NCBI GenBank assembly: GCA_013265495.1
Contig: PNXW01004304.1
Coordinates: 1 to 39,414 of the forward strand
Origin: Vicugna vicugna
Lineage: Eukaryota
Direction of reading: 5' to 3'
DNA: 39,414 nucleotides
Position 1 is the stretch's first letter. Each line of letters begins with the position of its first letter. The position numbers and the translations under genes were made by a program. The notes under the pieces were generated by a model. It was not told where the DNA came from and searched no databases. It saw only the letters and a list, made by a program, of their open reading frames with translations. Below are positions 12,961-25,222 of this stretch, piece after piece.

Positions 12961-15900
12961 CAGGCCGGAGCGCACTGACCTGGCCTCAGAGATCTAGGAG
13001 ACGTGGGGAGGCAGAGAGGGCTGGAGGGAAACACCCAGGAGGTGGGGGTAGATAAGGAACATCCCCTAGACAGGCAGGCTCTGGAGAGACTCCGAGGGTA
13101 TCCTCTGAGGAGCCAGGCCCCAGTTCCAGGCAGAGGAAAGATGGGGGAGCTGTTGAACCAGGGGCAGAGAAGGGAGTGGTTTGTGCAGAAGCACTGAGGG
13201 TGGCAGGGTCCCCAGGAGCCCCAGGGGCCAGTCGGGGATTCCGATTGATTCAGTGAGGGACCCAAGAGCTGGTGGCCTAAACCGCTCTAGGCAGCAGCAG
13301 GAGCTGGGGGAACACAGCCAGAGCGACCCTGAGCAGGCAGACGCTGCCTCCTGGAGTGTGCGATCAGGAGGGGCGCCACCTCTGTGGCCCTGGGTCCAGG
13401 TGAAGTGCTGCTGGGGCAGAGATGGAAGAGGCAGTTTATGCAGTAGTGAATTCCTCATCTTGGGGGGTATGCTGCTAGGGGAAGGGGAGCAGGGGTGCAG
13501 AGAGAGCCCCAAGGAAAGGCTTCTGCTCTGGTCTAGACCCTCAGCCCCCAAGCACAGACCTGCTCAGGTACCCACAGGTGATGCGTGGGTGCAGTGGCAC
13601 AAGAGGCCCTGGGGGGTGTGGGGACAGGCCCTCAGCCATGGTGAGGACCAGGGCCATTGTCTGCCAAGCTCTCCCCTTCCCCTCCAACCCCTCAGTGGGC
13701 CCAGCACTCTCCGGTCGTCTCCCTCGGGCTTGGGGAGGACACTCAGTGAGTGGGTGACTTTGGCCTGAGCCTTGTAACTTTGCTATCCAGCCAGTTCCTC
13801 AGAAACACATCGATTTGCCCAAATCAATATTTATTGCAGCTTCAAAGGCTGGGTGGGGAACAGCAGTCTGATGAATGGAAGCCAAGCAGCCAGCAAGTGG
13901 CCCCTACCTCGCAGGCCTCCCCGCCGTGCCTGCCCTGTCCCGACCCAGGGGCACCCAGTGACCAGGTGGTGCAGGTCACTCTGCCTCGGCCATCCGAGTC
14001 CTGTTCCCCTGGGGGCTGTTTTCCTATTTCCATGAGCCCCTGAGAAACCCAGGCAATCCAGGATCAGTATTCCCCACTGAAGCCCCTCTCCCAGAATCCA
14101 ATAACAAAAGCCTCCAGGGGATTGGGGGATCGTGTGAGCAACCCCAGATGCCCCTGGACCTTCTCATCCACACAGGGCACCTGTGTTGGCTCTGGGCCTG
14201 GCCAGAGCATCCACCCGAGGAGTCTCCTGGACCTTGGTAGAGGGCTGGCTTGACCCGTGGGGGTTCTCCGTGGGTGGCCTGGTACCAGGGCCCGGTCAGG
14301 GTGGGGTTTGCCCAATGCTTCACCATCTGGGATGGGCCAGGGGGCTTCAGTTTGGAGTATCTGCTGATTTCTGGGGTATGAACACTCCCACTGTGGCGGA
14401 TTCCAAAACTACCAATGGGTCTCACCGCAGTCCAAGCTGGGGAGAGCCAGCTCCACACAGCACGGCCCAAGAACTGCTGCTGCCCTGAAATGCCACTGCC
14501 TGGGGCTCTGGTGACAGACAGGAGGGGCTCAGGTGAAGAACAGGAGGAGCCCGCACAATGGGCCCAGAAGCCCGGCCAGTGGGACGGGAGGACAGGCGGT
14601 TCCAGCCCACAAGGCGCTAAGAAATTCATTTCAGGAGACCCCAGGCCCTGCCTCACAGACGGCTTGGAAACAGGCACAAGATCTGCCCACTGACAAGCAC
14701 AGGGAAGGCAAGGGGGCCGGGACTCACCACGGAGAGGTATCACGAGGCCCAGGACCCTCTCAGCCCGCAGAGAGGCACCCCTCAGGGAGTAGTTGGGAGG
14801 CATCAAGTGAGCAAACAGAGCTGAGGGGTGGGCAATCCCTGCCCACGAAGAGTTAGCAAGAAAAGACCCCACCCAGGCCCGGCCAGGGAGGCCACTGGCA
14901 CCACGGCTGAGAGATGGGACAGACGGACCTGTTCCCTCTGGGTGGTCTTCTCAGCAGTGCTCTGGCCCCGGGCCCCCCCACAAGCCCACCCCCGGGAGGG
15001 TCTGTGTTCACGTCCACCCTGCCCCGTGGGCTCCCTGCTCTCCTTCCCAAGATTAGGCAGGGCCTGGCCACATGCCTGCAATTCCACCACCTGGAGGCAC
15101 CAACGCTGCATAAACCAGCTTCCCAGGAGACAGGCTGCCAGCGTGAACGGGAGATGACCCTCGAAGGCACTGCTGCCTCTCCCAGCCTCAGCTCGCTTGT
15201 CTGCAAGACCCTGGAGACACTCGGGCGGGGGAAGGGCACGTGCAACTGGCAGGCTCTTATGAACGGGTGCCCTCCCTGCCCTTCCAAGGTGAGTGGAGGG
15301 AGACTCCAAACGGAGTCAGTGTTGCCAAGAGAGCCACTGAGGGAGTGTGTGTGGAGTGCACGTCTCAGTCCAGGCAGAATCTGACCTCTTGATCAGTTAC
15401 TGTCCCAAAGCAGGCGTCAGGGCTTCTGCCAGAGACCCAAGATACTCACTGGACCCTGATCCTAAAACATGACAGCCATCCCTTCAAGGTAAATATTCCT
15501 CCTGTGTCAGAGCAGAGCCTCATGGTTTTGCCCTTACAAGCTCCTGACTCCTACTCTTCCCTGGTTTATCTGAATGTGCCTCCTAAATTGCAGGTCTTAA
15601 GACCCCAGATAACCTCTGTTCTTTTTTGCAGCAGGGAGGCCAAGGTCTGGAGACACTTCTGGGAGGCTTCCTGGAGGAGGAGGCCCGTCTCTGGTACTCT
15701 TTGCCCTCCCCTGATCCTGGATCAATCTTTAATGTAGGATGAAAGTTGAAGAGGAGGCGAGAGCCTGGCAGACAGTCTGCTGTGTAGCTGGGTTAATCTC
15801 AGCCACACCCCGAGGCCCTGCCTCCCCACCCCACCCCCACTCCTTCTGGTCTGTGCCAAACCCCTACTCCTCTGTAGTCCTAGGGGGCAAATCTCTGGCT

Positions 15901-16407
15901 CCACTACCTGCTGGCCCATTATTATTACTAACACACTGTTGCTCGTGCCTCAAGCAGCTCAGCCTTCCGGATTAAATACAGCTGTGCTCAGGGACTCCTT
16001 CCAAAACACCTGGAATTCTGACACCTCCTTGACTGGGGCTGGAAGCACAGCCAGGGTGGCCTGGGAGGTGGGACCCCACTCCAGGGTGTGCTGGGACCCA
16101 AGGGGCCACCATGGGCAGAGGATGCCTTGTGCAGGTGGGGCAGCATCAGCCTTCAGGGCCCCAGAAGGCAGCCCCCTAGGAGGGCCAGGTGCCCAGGTTG
16201 GGCCAGGAGGTCTTGAGACAGGGGCCTGGACAAGATGGAGTCTTTAGAAAGAATGAGGGGGCAGCAGCACCTCACCTCGCCAGGGCGGGCGGGGACTGGG
16301 CAGGTGGGCCACAGTGCCCCCAGTTTTGCTATGTGTCTGTAGGAGATACCTCCCACATCCCCCGTCTCCCAGTTTTACAGACAAGGAAATGGGCTTGGAG
16401 GAGTCAC

Positions 16408-16755
16408 AATCTCAGTCTGTTCTGAGCTACTGTAATAAAATTCCAGGGATGGGGTGGCTTTTCAACCACAGGGTGTATTTCTCGAAGTCCTGGGGCTGGG
16501 AGCCTGAGGTGAAGGCATAGGCAGATGGGGTATCTGGTGAGCGCCTCCTGGTCCGCAGTGGCACCCCCTCCCCGGGGCCTGGCAGGCAGGAGGGGAGGGA
16601 GTGTCAGGCTCTTTGATCCGCGGCACTCACCCCATTCGGGAGGACTGCACATTCATAGCCTCATCACCTCCCAAAGGCTTCACCTCCTAATGTAGTCCCC
16701 GGGGATAAGGGTGTCAATAAAGCATTTGGGGGACACTGACACTCAGTCTACACCA
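16408..16755 (-). mobile_element. MaLR solo LTR, MLT1A-like, next to a MIR remnant at ~16360-16400
   Basis: TCTCAGTCTGTTCTGAGCTACTGTAATAAAATTCC...GGGTGGCTT...TATTTCTC...TCTGGTGAG...ATCACCTCCCAAAGGCTTCACCTCCTAAT...TTTGGGGGACAC...CAGTCTACACCA follows the reverse-complement MLT1A0 consensus end to end. Confidence 0.8.
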
Positions 16756-18349
16756 CCCAGCCCACAGACTCACACTCTGGGGACCCCCTGCAGACCACCA
16801 CCTCTCAGAACCCCGCTTTCCCACCCCCAATAAGCTGGCGCACTCCTGCCCCTCGACCCTGCACGGGGGAGGCAGGAACTGGGAGGGGGACAGAGGGCGC
16901 CACTGCCCTTGCTCCCCCAGACCGCGGGCACCTCCCTGGTTCTCAGACGGGTACCAGGCATCAGGAGGTGGACTGACCACCGGCCTGAGTCTGCCCCACT
17001 CACCTTCTGTCAGAGGCACCAGGTCCCCAGCGGAGGGAGGGGCGGGGCCCTGGGGTGGAGACTGAGGGCTGCAGGGTCCCAGGGAGGCCTGGAACCTGCA
17101 GGCGGGACTTGGGCCCGGAGCACCAAGCAAGTGCAGGCCCCTCCTGCAGGCAGTTCCCAGCCTCGGGGGCCTGGCAGGAAAGTGCATTCCCTGTCATGCC
17201 AGTTGTGTGCACGGAAGGCCCTGGAGCTGGCCGCACTGCTGCCTCTCGGGAAGCTGAGTCAACTTCTGGGTGCCGAAGGGTCGGCCCCCACCCCTAAGCC
17301 TGACCGGGACTGTCTTCACGGAGGAGGGGTGGCGCCAGGGCACGGCCACCTGCCACTCGCCAGGTTAACCGCCTGCCACATTGCCCCCTGCAGAGAGCCC
17401 ACCCTCCCCCAATCGGGAAGCCCGGGCTCAGGTCTGTGCTCCCGGTTCCTGACATCAATCTCCTAGTTTCCAGCAGAGCTGGCATTCATATCTGGCATTT
17501 GGTTGTTTCAGGAGAAAACGGCATCAATATTGTCTGCAGGGCTTCCCTGGCCCCTGGGAGAGGCTCATCGCCACCCGTGAGCCTGGACAACAAGCCGGGG
17601 CCTGACTGCACGGCAGAGGCGCAGAGGACCCTGAGGGCCATGTGACCCGCCCAGGGTCTCCCTGCCCAGGCTGCTGCCCCATTGCCCCCTCTAGCACCTC
17701 CTTCTTGCAGCCTGAGAGCAGCAGCCCCCACCCCAGAAAGGACCCTTACTCCTGCCCCTTGTGCTGCGCGGGGACCTCCAAGCATGTGGGTGAACAGAGC
17801 CCATCGGCATAGAGGGCACAGATGTACAGATGGAGCTGAGTGTGCCTCACCCCTCATTCCTGGGGCTCACACAGCCTCGGACAAGGGGCAGCAGCCTGGG
17901 CCTCGGTCTCACCTCTGCGAGGAGTGGCTGTGTGGGGAGACAGCCGAGACCAGGACGGCGGGCCCTGGCCACTGCCCGTGCGAGACTGCAGGCAGAAGGC
18001 CCTGACTGAGATGGCCCTGGGGGCAGCCCACCCCTCCGACGCTCCATTCCTGGGCACTTCTCGATGAACAAATACGCCAGAAGGCAAATAAAAGCACGGT
18101 TGGACCCAAGTCAAGAATAAAGTGAGCCTGAGGCCCGGGGCATCCAGGGCTGGACAAGCATGACCATAAAGCCACGTCCACAAGCAGGCAGCCAAGGGCA
18201 GCCTCGGCCTCAGGACGGCGGCCCAGGGGCCCAGGGGGCCAGGCAGCAGCAGAAGGGGGCCTCCACTCCCCACTCACGGTCCCCCCACCTGCAGCCTTGC
18301 ACCTGCCCACCGCCAAGTCCACACTCCGTCCGTCCCGCGTCCACCCGCC

Positions 18350-18525
18350 TGCTTCCTTATTGTTTACTGGCGGGCTTTCTTCAGATGGATTGTTTTTTAC
18401 TTAAATGACTATATTTTGAAAGGAAACCTTACAGCGCCATGGGAAATGGAAAACAAGCATTGCAGGCAGCAAATAGGCGTCCGTACAAACAGAATGAAAA
18501 CAAAACGTGTCGTAAAACCCAGAGA
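18350..18525. promoter_or_regulatory. Candidate enhancer (forkhead plus posterior HOX)
   Basis: TGTTTAC 18361-18367, several AAAACAA, GCAAATA and GTCGTAAAA 18509-18517 in an AT-rich island. Confidence 0.5.
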
Positions 18526-19429
18526 GGCTGGAGCTGCGAGGCCTACAGCTGGTGGAGCCCCACACAGGACTGGGAGGGTGGGTTCCAGGCACACGGGTGA
18601 CCCCCGCCCAGGGGTCGGGAAGCTCCTCCTTCATTCAGTGCAGCACCGACGGGTGGGGACATGAAATGTGGGAATCTTGGCCCCAGTTCAGAGGAGGCCT
18701 CTAGGGACTGGGACTCCCATCTCCTACCACCTGGCCCAGGCCCTCAGGCCCTGGGCAGCCCCAGCCTCATCCCAGGCCCTTGCACAAGGCCCAGGGCAGA
18801 GAAAGAAGACAGCAGCCCCAGCCTGGCAGCATCCAAACACAGACTCAAGGCACTGAGGAGTCCTGGAGGGAACCCCTTAACCTTGTTCCGCCCAGTTTCC
18901 TGGGGGAGCCTTTCTCCCCTGGCTCTGGCCTGGTCTAGAGGGGTCTCTGGGGAGGGCAAGTGGATAGGCAGTCTTCCCAGATAGACCACATCCATCCTGG
19001 TTGGTAAGTACATTCATGAATCCAGTTCACTCCAACAGTGACATGAATTCCACCCGGATGGCATCCGACACTCTTCCTCTCGTGTCCAGCAAAGCACAGG
19101 ATACACCAGACTGCCCACAGCTCCCCTGACCCAGGCCAGGAGCTACAGCCTCACTTAGCTCAGCCTCCTTGGCCTGAGTGGGAGAGGGGGCCCCGCGCAG
19201 CCCCAGCCCTTGTCTATGCGTCCTACAGGTCTTATCAGCACCTTGACTGTCATCTCTCTACCCGAGGCAAAAAGGGGAGGAGATACAGCCCATTCCTGCA
19301 AGGAGCAACTTCCTGGGTGGCGGGCTCTTTCCTTGGAGCCAATGGCCAGGGGCATGGCGGGTGAAGGAGCACCAGGGCCAACCCTCCCCCCAAGCCCTGA
19401 GCCCATGGGAGCCCCACTGCCTGGGAATC

Positions 19430-19530
19430 TTGGCTAATTGGCCCCGGCTGCCGTGTGCTCTCAAACAATTGGTCTGTCACCATGTTTTATGCGGTTTTCA
19501 AGGTGTTCCTGGGATTAGTAACATTGGGAG
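19430..19530. promoter_or_regulatory. Candidate enhancer motif cluster
   Basis: CTAATTGG, AACAAT, CTGTCA, TTTTATG and GGATTA within about 90 bp. Confidence 0.35.
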
Positions 19531-21586
19531 TTGGAACCAGAATGCAGTTGAGTGGCTGGCCAAGGCCAACTGGGCCTCTGGGATGTCCCCAAGCACCCTA
19601 CAGGGACTCGCGGCCCCTCGAGTCTAGCCCAGACCTTGGGGTTCCCCATAGGGTCTTTCAGCTTGTGAGGGCCTGGGACGCCCCCCTTGGCCTCGGGATG
19701 CCAGGGTGCAGTGAGTCCCAGGGGCCACAGCATGACCACAATGGCTCCACAGCCCAGGGAGGACCCGGCTCACCAGGAACACCAGCTCCCCAAAGCCTCC
19801 TGTCGCCATTCCATGATGCCAGCAGGGAGAGGAGGCTGCATCCGCATCAGTGTGGGCCTGGGGGCTGGGGGAATGCAGAGGGCCAAGGGAGGATGCAGGG
19901 GGCCTGGGGGGATGTGGGGGGCCCATCACAGGGAGGAGGACAAGATTCAGATCAGTGGGGAGGTCATCAGCTCACAGAGTCACAGCTGGACTCTGCCCTG
20001 ACAGCCCCCAGGTGACAAGAGCCCAGGACTGTGTGTTCCAGCAGGCAGTTAACTGGCCCCTCAGACGAGCCCGTGACAGTGGCCCATGGACAGGCACCCG
20101 GGACAGCCTGGCTGGTGACCGAGATAAGAGGACAAACTGAGGCTCTTCAGCCTTGCCATGTCCCTCCTGCCCGCCAGGGAGGTAAGGGATGGCCTGGCCG
20201 GGGAGCGGGCTCCCTCCTCGCCGCCCTAGAAGGCCCCTAAGGGCCCCCTTACCGCACTCTCACGGGCCGGGCTGGCTCGTGGAATGCTCACAGCCCCCGA
20301 CAAAGACACCCGGCCCAGCAAGTGGAAGAGGCGTGATTGGAACCCTGGCCCGACCCCTGCACACTCAGGCCTGTGAGTGCATCTCCCACGAGGACGTGTG
20401 CCTGGGCCTCCAGCCCTGCCAGGGAGACTGCATGATGAAGGCTCCAAAGGCACAGCCAGGCTGGCAAGGCCCCAGCGGGGCTGTGTCTGTGGTGGTCCCA
20501 TGTGGCGGGAGATGCACAGGGACACCAAAACTTTCTCTTCCCAGTGGTGGTATTCGCAAGGCTGCAGATCTGTGAGCTGCCCCCGAGGAGGAAACACACT
20601 TGTGTGTTCCTGGACTTTCTCTGAGCCCCTGTGCTCCTGGGCCCCAGCCCCACTGTGCACCTAAAGCCCCAAATGCAGGCCCCAAAAGAGCCCGGTATCC
20701 TGGCCACCACCACACCCCGTCCCTCTGGGTTTGCCCAAAGCCTTGCTTCATGCCGGCTCAGGGCAGCTGGCCCCTCAAGGTGGGAGCCCCTGTCCTGCCA
20801 GGAGCCATCTGTCCCCACTGTGCCCCAGGCAGGATCCCCTGCCAGGGACTTCAGAATGGCCACCTGTTCCCCTGGCCACCCCTGAGCCCTCCTGGGGCCG
20901 GGGCTTCCAGAGGCCCTGGACAGAGGGTCAGGCCTCTGCTGTGGACCCTGGGCTGTGCCCAGCTCAGCTCTGAGCCAGTCACTGTCCTAGGGGACCATCG
21001 AGTCCCACGTCAGGCAGAGCCTGGGCCTCTTTGGGTGGTGGGGTGGGTGGACGCTGCCCTAGAACCTGAAGGCACCGTGTGCATCCTCAGGGCACCAGGA
21101 ACAGCACCGGAAGTCAGTGGCCCCACGGTGGCCAGGCAGGCCTGACCAGCACCAGCAAGGCAGGTGTCCTCAGCCCGTGGAACAGCGGGAAGACTGAGGG
21201 AGAGTGACTAGGGCGCGTTCGGACGATCCCCCGTGGCCTGAGGGAGGGCTGGGAGGGACAGGCCCGGCTCTGGGGTAGAGACACGACGCGGGGAGCGGAG
21301 ACTTTGTCACCCCTGAGGGGTGAGAGGTGGAGACGTGGTGGCCGTGGCAGCTGCGCACCGACCTCTCAGGGAGCAGAGACAGCGTGGACCGTGTGACGGT
21401 GACAGCAGATGAGGCCTCGCACTTATCATTAAGTCATCCCCATAGTGAAACCCCTTCAGAGCCAGTAGCAAGGACCAGGCCATCCCTGATGAGGGCCATG
21501 GCCCAGGGATGGACCCTGGGCGCCCCCCAGACAGGACCAGGGAGCCACTGAGGGAACGCAGCATGGACACCAGGGCTCAGGAAGAT

Positions 21587-21785
21587 GTAGGTCACCCCCA
21601 CCGGAGGGTCAGCCAGGCCAGGCAGCAAAAGAGGGCCTCCTGGTGCCCAGCGCATCCGCGTCTGTTCCGTCCTGAGTAGGTCACCCCGGCCGGAGGGTCA
21701 GCCAGGCCAGGCAGCAAAAGGTGAGGGCAGGGGACCAGCAAGAGGGCCTCCTGGTGCCCAGCGCATCCGCGTCTGTTCCGTCCTG
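21587..21785. repeat. Tandem duplication, 2 copies (89 and 110 bp)
   Basis: GTAGGTCACCCC..CCGGAGGGTCAGCCAGGCCAGGCAGCAAAAG...GCGCATCCGCGTCTGTTCCGTCCTG at 21587 and 21676; copy 2 has 22 extra internal bases. Confidence 0.95.
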
Positions 21786-22517
21786 CGTCTCCTGGGTCTC
21801 CTGGCTCCCGTCACTGCGCTGCCTGATCCCTCCCCGCTGCCCTCCCTGGGTGGTCCCCTCCCTCTGGCCCCCCTCCTGTGGCCACATCATCTAGATGTGG
21901 CAGCCCCGCCAGCCCCGTGCCCGCCACATCTGCCCCTGCCCTCCCAGCCTGACAGTCAGACCTGGGGGAGCGCAGTGGCCGCTGCCGGCAGAGAGGGGAG
22001 ACCACCCCTCAGACGCCCGTGTTCCCCAGTGCACCGAGCACATTGCCACTGCTCTACCAGCGACACGGCGGGGCTGTAAAGCCACAAGGACAGGCCTGGC
22101 TGACAGCGTCCCCGGGGGCTGGGCTCCTACCCCTCAAGCTGCCCAGGAGACCACCCCACGCCGCCATGAGTCCTCCTGCTGCGGAACGAGCGTGGCAGCC
22201 ACAGCCCAGACCGCGCAGGCGCCAGGGGTGCTGAGGGTCCCAGGCTGAGCCTTCCACTGCCACCCAGGGAGGGCAATTCCTACTCTGCAACCGGCAACCC
22301 CCCAAGACCGCCCCCCACGACCGCTCCCCATGACAAGCATCAGCTGCAGCAGGGTGGTGGTGCCGGGCCCTCCCCACCTGAGCGGGCGCCCAGAGCAGCC
22401 CCCAGGGGCATGAGAAGCAAAGCTGCCTTCACCCTGGAGCCCCCACCAGGCAGGGAAGGTTTGGGAAATGTGCACACAGAGCCCAGGGGGCCCCTGCTGA
22501 CCTTCCTGGTGGGGCAG

Positions 22518-23345
22518 CCTTACCTCACCTCATCCCTCACCTCACAACCTCACCTCATACTTCACCTCACACCTCACCTCACACCTCACCTCTCATCTCA
22601 CCTCACACCTCACACCTCACCTCACCTCACACCTCACCTCACACCTCACCTCTCATCTCACTTCATACTTCACCTCACACCTCACCTCACACCTCACCTC
22701 TCATCTCACCTCACACCTCACCTCACACCTCACACCTCACCTCACACCTCACCTCACACCTCACCTCACACCTCACCTCTCATCTCACTTCATACTTCAC
22801 CTCACACCTCACATCACACCTCACACTTCACCTCACACCTCACATCACACCTCACCCCTCACCTCACACCTCACACCTCACCTCACACCTCACCTCACCT
22901 CACATCACACCTCACCCCTCACCTCACACCTCATACCTCACCCCTCACTTCACACTTCACCTCACACCTCACATCTCACCTCACCCCTCACATCACACCT
23001 CATCTCAAACCTCACCCCTTCCTTCACACCTCAACTCACACCTCACACCTCACCTCTCATCTCACCTCATACTTCACCTCACAATTCACACCTCACCTCT
23101 CATCTCACCTCATACTTCACCTCACACCTCACTTCACACCTCACACCTCACCTCACACCTCGTACCTCACCCCTCACCTCACCCTTCACCTCACCCCTCA
23201 CCTCACAACCTTACCTCACACCTCACACCTCACCTCTCACCTCACCTCACCCACATCTCATCTCACCCCTCACCTCACAACCTCACTTCACCTCACCTCA
23301 CCTCACCACACAGCTTACCCTTCACCTCATCTCTCACCTCACCCC
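22518..23345. repeat. Compound (CCTCA)/(CACCTCA)n tandem array, nearly G-free on the + strand
   Basis: Seen directly; no G from 22518 to 23161 and a single G (23162) up to 23312. Confidence 0.97.
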
Positions 23346-23904
23346 AACACCTTGCAGGCCCTTCTCACCTCCAAGCCTCCAGGACACTGCCCATCCCACT
23401 TCCCCAGCAACAGCCCTCCACGGCCTGGCCCAGCCCATCTGCATAGCCCACCCTCCACAGGGTCCCCCAGTCTCCTCTGCACTCTGGAGCCACTGCTCAC
23501 AGGAGGGAAACGAGGCACAGACTCTATTTCAGGGCCGTCGTGTTCAGTGGACGAGCTCACGGCTCAGCAGCCCAGCTCGAGTGGCCCATGCACCTGCAGT
23601 TGCAGGTGGGGCTGCTGGTCCCCGGCTGTTCTGCAGAGAGCGGCCTCGTAGGCGTAGGTGGGACAGCACCACCCTTCCTCCGGGGAGTGCCTGAGGAAGC
23701 GGGGTGACCGATGACTGCAGCCAGCCAGGCCTGCAGCACCAGGACATGCGGGCCTCCTCTCACTGAGTCTGAGGCCGCCTCACAGCCCCGGCACCTCACC
23801 TCCATGGAGGCTGAGCCCTGGCCCCTCCAGCCCTGCCCTGGAGCATCACCTCGGCCACCGCCACCCGCACCGCCAACGGGGCTGCCAGCCCGAGAGCGAG
23901 CCCG

Positions 23905-24060
23905 TTGGCGGCTGATTGATGGGTGATTGTTTTACCTCGGAACAGCTGAGCCCCATAATTTGGAGGCATAAATCCCAGGCTGTCGGGCTTGGCTGACATG
24001 GAGTGACACCCAGAATTAAGTGGAAGCACCACAATTAACAGCCCATAAAAGTGTTCTAGG
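23905..24060. promoter_or_regulatory. Candidate PBX-HOX/MEIS/NK-class enhancer
   Basis: TGATTGATGG 23913-23922, CATAAT, CATAAAT, TGACA 23994, TTAAGTGG 24016-24023, CAATTA 24032 and CCATAAAA 24043-24050. Confidence 0.55.
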
Positions 24061-25017
24061 CAGAGCCCGGCCAAGCGGGGAAGCATGTCTCCGTCTCCTC
24101 TGCGTGGGGTCCTGCGGGCTTGCGGCTGGCTGTGGGGTCACAGGAGCCCAGGTTCCCGGTCTCGGCGGCCCATCTGCCAACCTGGAAGGCCCAGGGCCCT
24201 GCTCGGTTCTCCGTGCACACAGTGCGAGGACCTACCTGCTCCCTGTCTGTCCCCCCAGCGCCCGCCGCTGCATCCCTGTCGGGGATGCTCCACAGGTCTC
24301 CCTGGGGGTTCCCAGCAGCCCGCAGCCCCCTCCCCAGCATCCTGAGTCACCTCCTCCCTGACCCCATCCCTGCCCAAAACAAACTCCACCAAACAAGCTC
24401 TCCGGCCTCCCAAGACCTCAGCCTCCTCCACTGGGGATGCAGGGCACCTCTGCCCATCAGGGCGTCCTCGGCCATGGGCAGCTGGAGATGGAGCAAAGCC
24501 TGCCCCATGGCTCCCCACGGTGCATCCAGTGTCAGGGCCCAGATGGAGGACGAGGCTTCTGATGTCAGGGAGGGGCCCCCAACAACCCCTGGGCCTGGAG
24601 GCCCAACAGCCAAGCAGTCAGAGGGCTCAGCCATTCCCTACATGCTTGTGCTCAAGGGTGGGGCCGTGGTCTACACAGCAGGACCCTCTCCCTGCACACC
24701 AGGGGCCAGCCAGAGCTGGAGACTGTGGGGAGATAGGTCGAGACTCTACCCAAACTCGTCCTCGGAAGCCAAGGAACCAAAGAGGCCCGGCCGGTTCTGA
24801 CAGGCATGACAGCCCATGGGAGCCCCACTGGCCTCAGGGACAGAGGACCCTGGGCCCCATCAGCTGCATGTGACAGATGCCTCCTGGGCCCCAGGGGGGT
24901 TGGATAGGGACCCTGACAGCTGGCTGTAGGTTTATCACCTAAAACTTACTTCTTTGATGTAGAGCTCACTTTAAAAATCAACTTAATAAAAGGCCACTTG
25001 CCTGGCATTGGAAACAT

Positions 25018-25222
25018 TCAAATGGCTCCCGTAACTTAATTCTCTCAGAGCTCTGTTTTGTAACTAGATAATTGTATTTTTGTTTTCTTATTAATGTCAT
25101 TGTTTTAAACCTCCTCCAGTCAAATGGCTGCCGTAACTTAATTCTCTCAGAGCTCTCTGTTTTGTAACTAGATAATTGTATTTTTGTTTTCTTATTAATG
25201 TCATTGTTTTAAACCTCCTCCA
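25018..25222. repeat. Near-perfect tandem duplication of an AT-rich unit, period 102 bp
   Basis: Copies start at 25018 and 25120; they differ only by CTCCC/CTGCC and a 2-bp CT indel. Confidence 0.97.

Noticed and set aside
22521..23218. Four TACCTCA let-7 seed matches in the array (sponge idea)
   Set aside because: They are single-base variants of the CACCTCA unit, and there is no evidence of a transcript.
22410..23651. 413-aa His/Thr/Pro/Leu/Ser-rich ORF
   Set aside because: It stays open because the repeat has almost no G (no TGA/TAG) and no TAA; it is a translated tandem repeat with no splice or promoter support.
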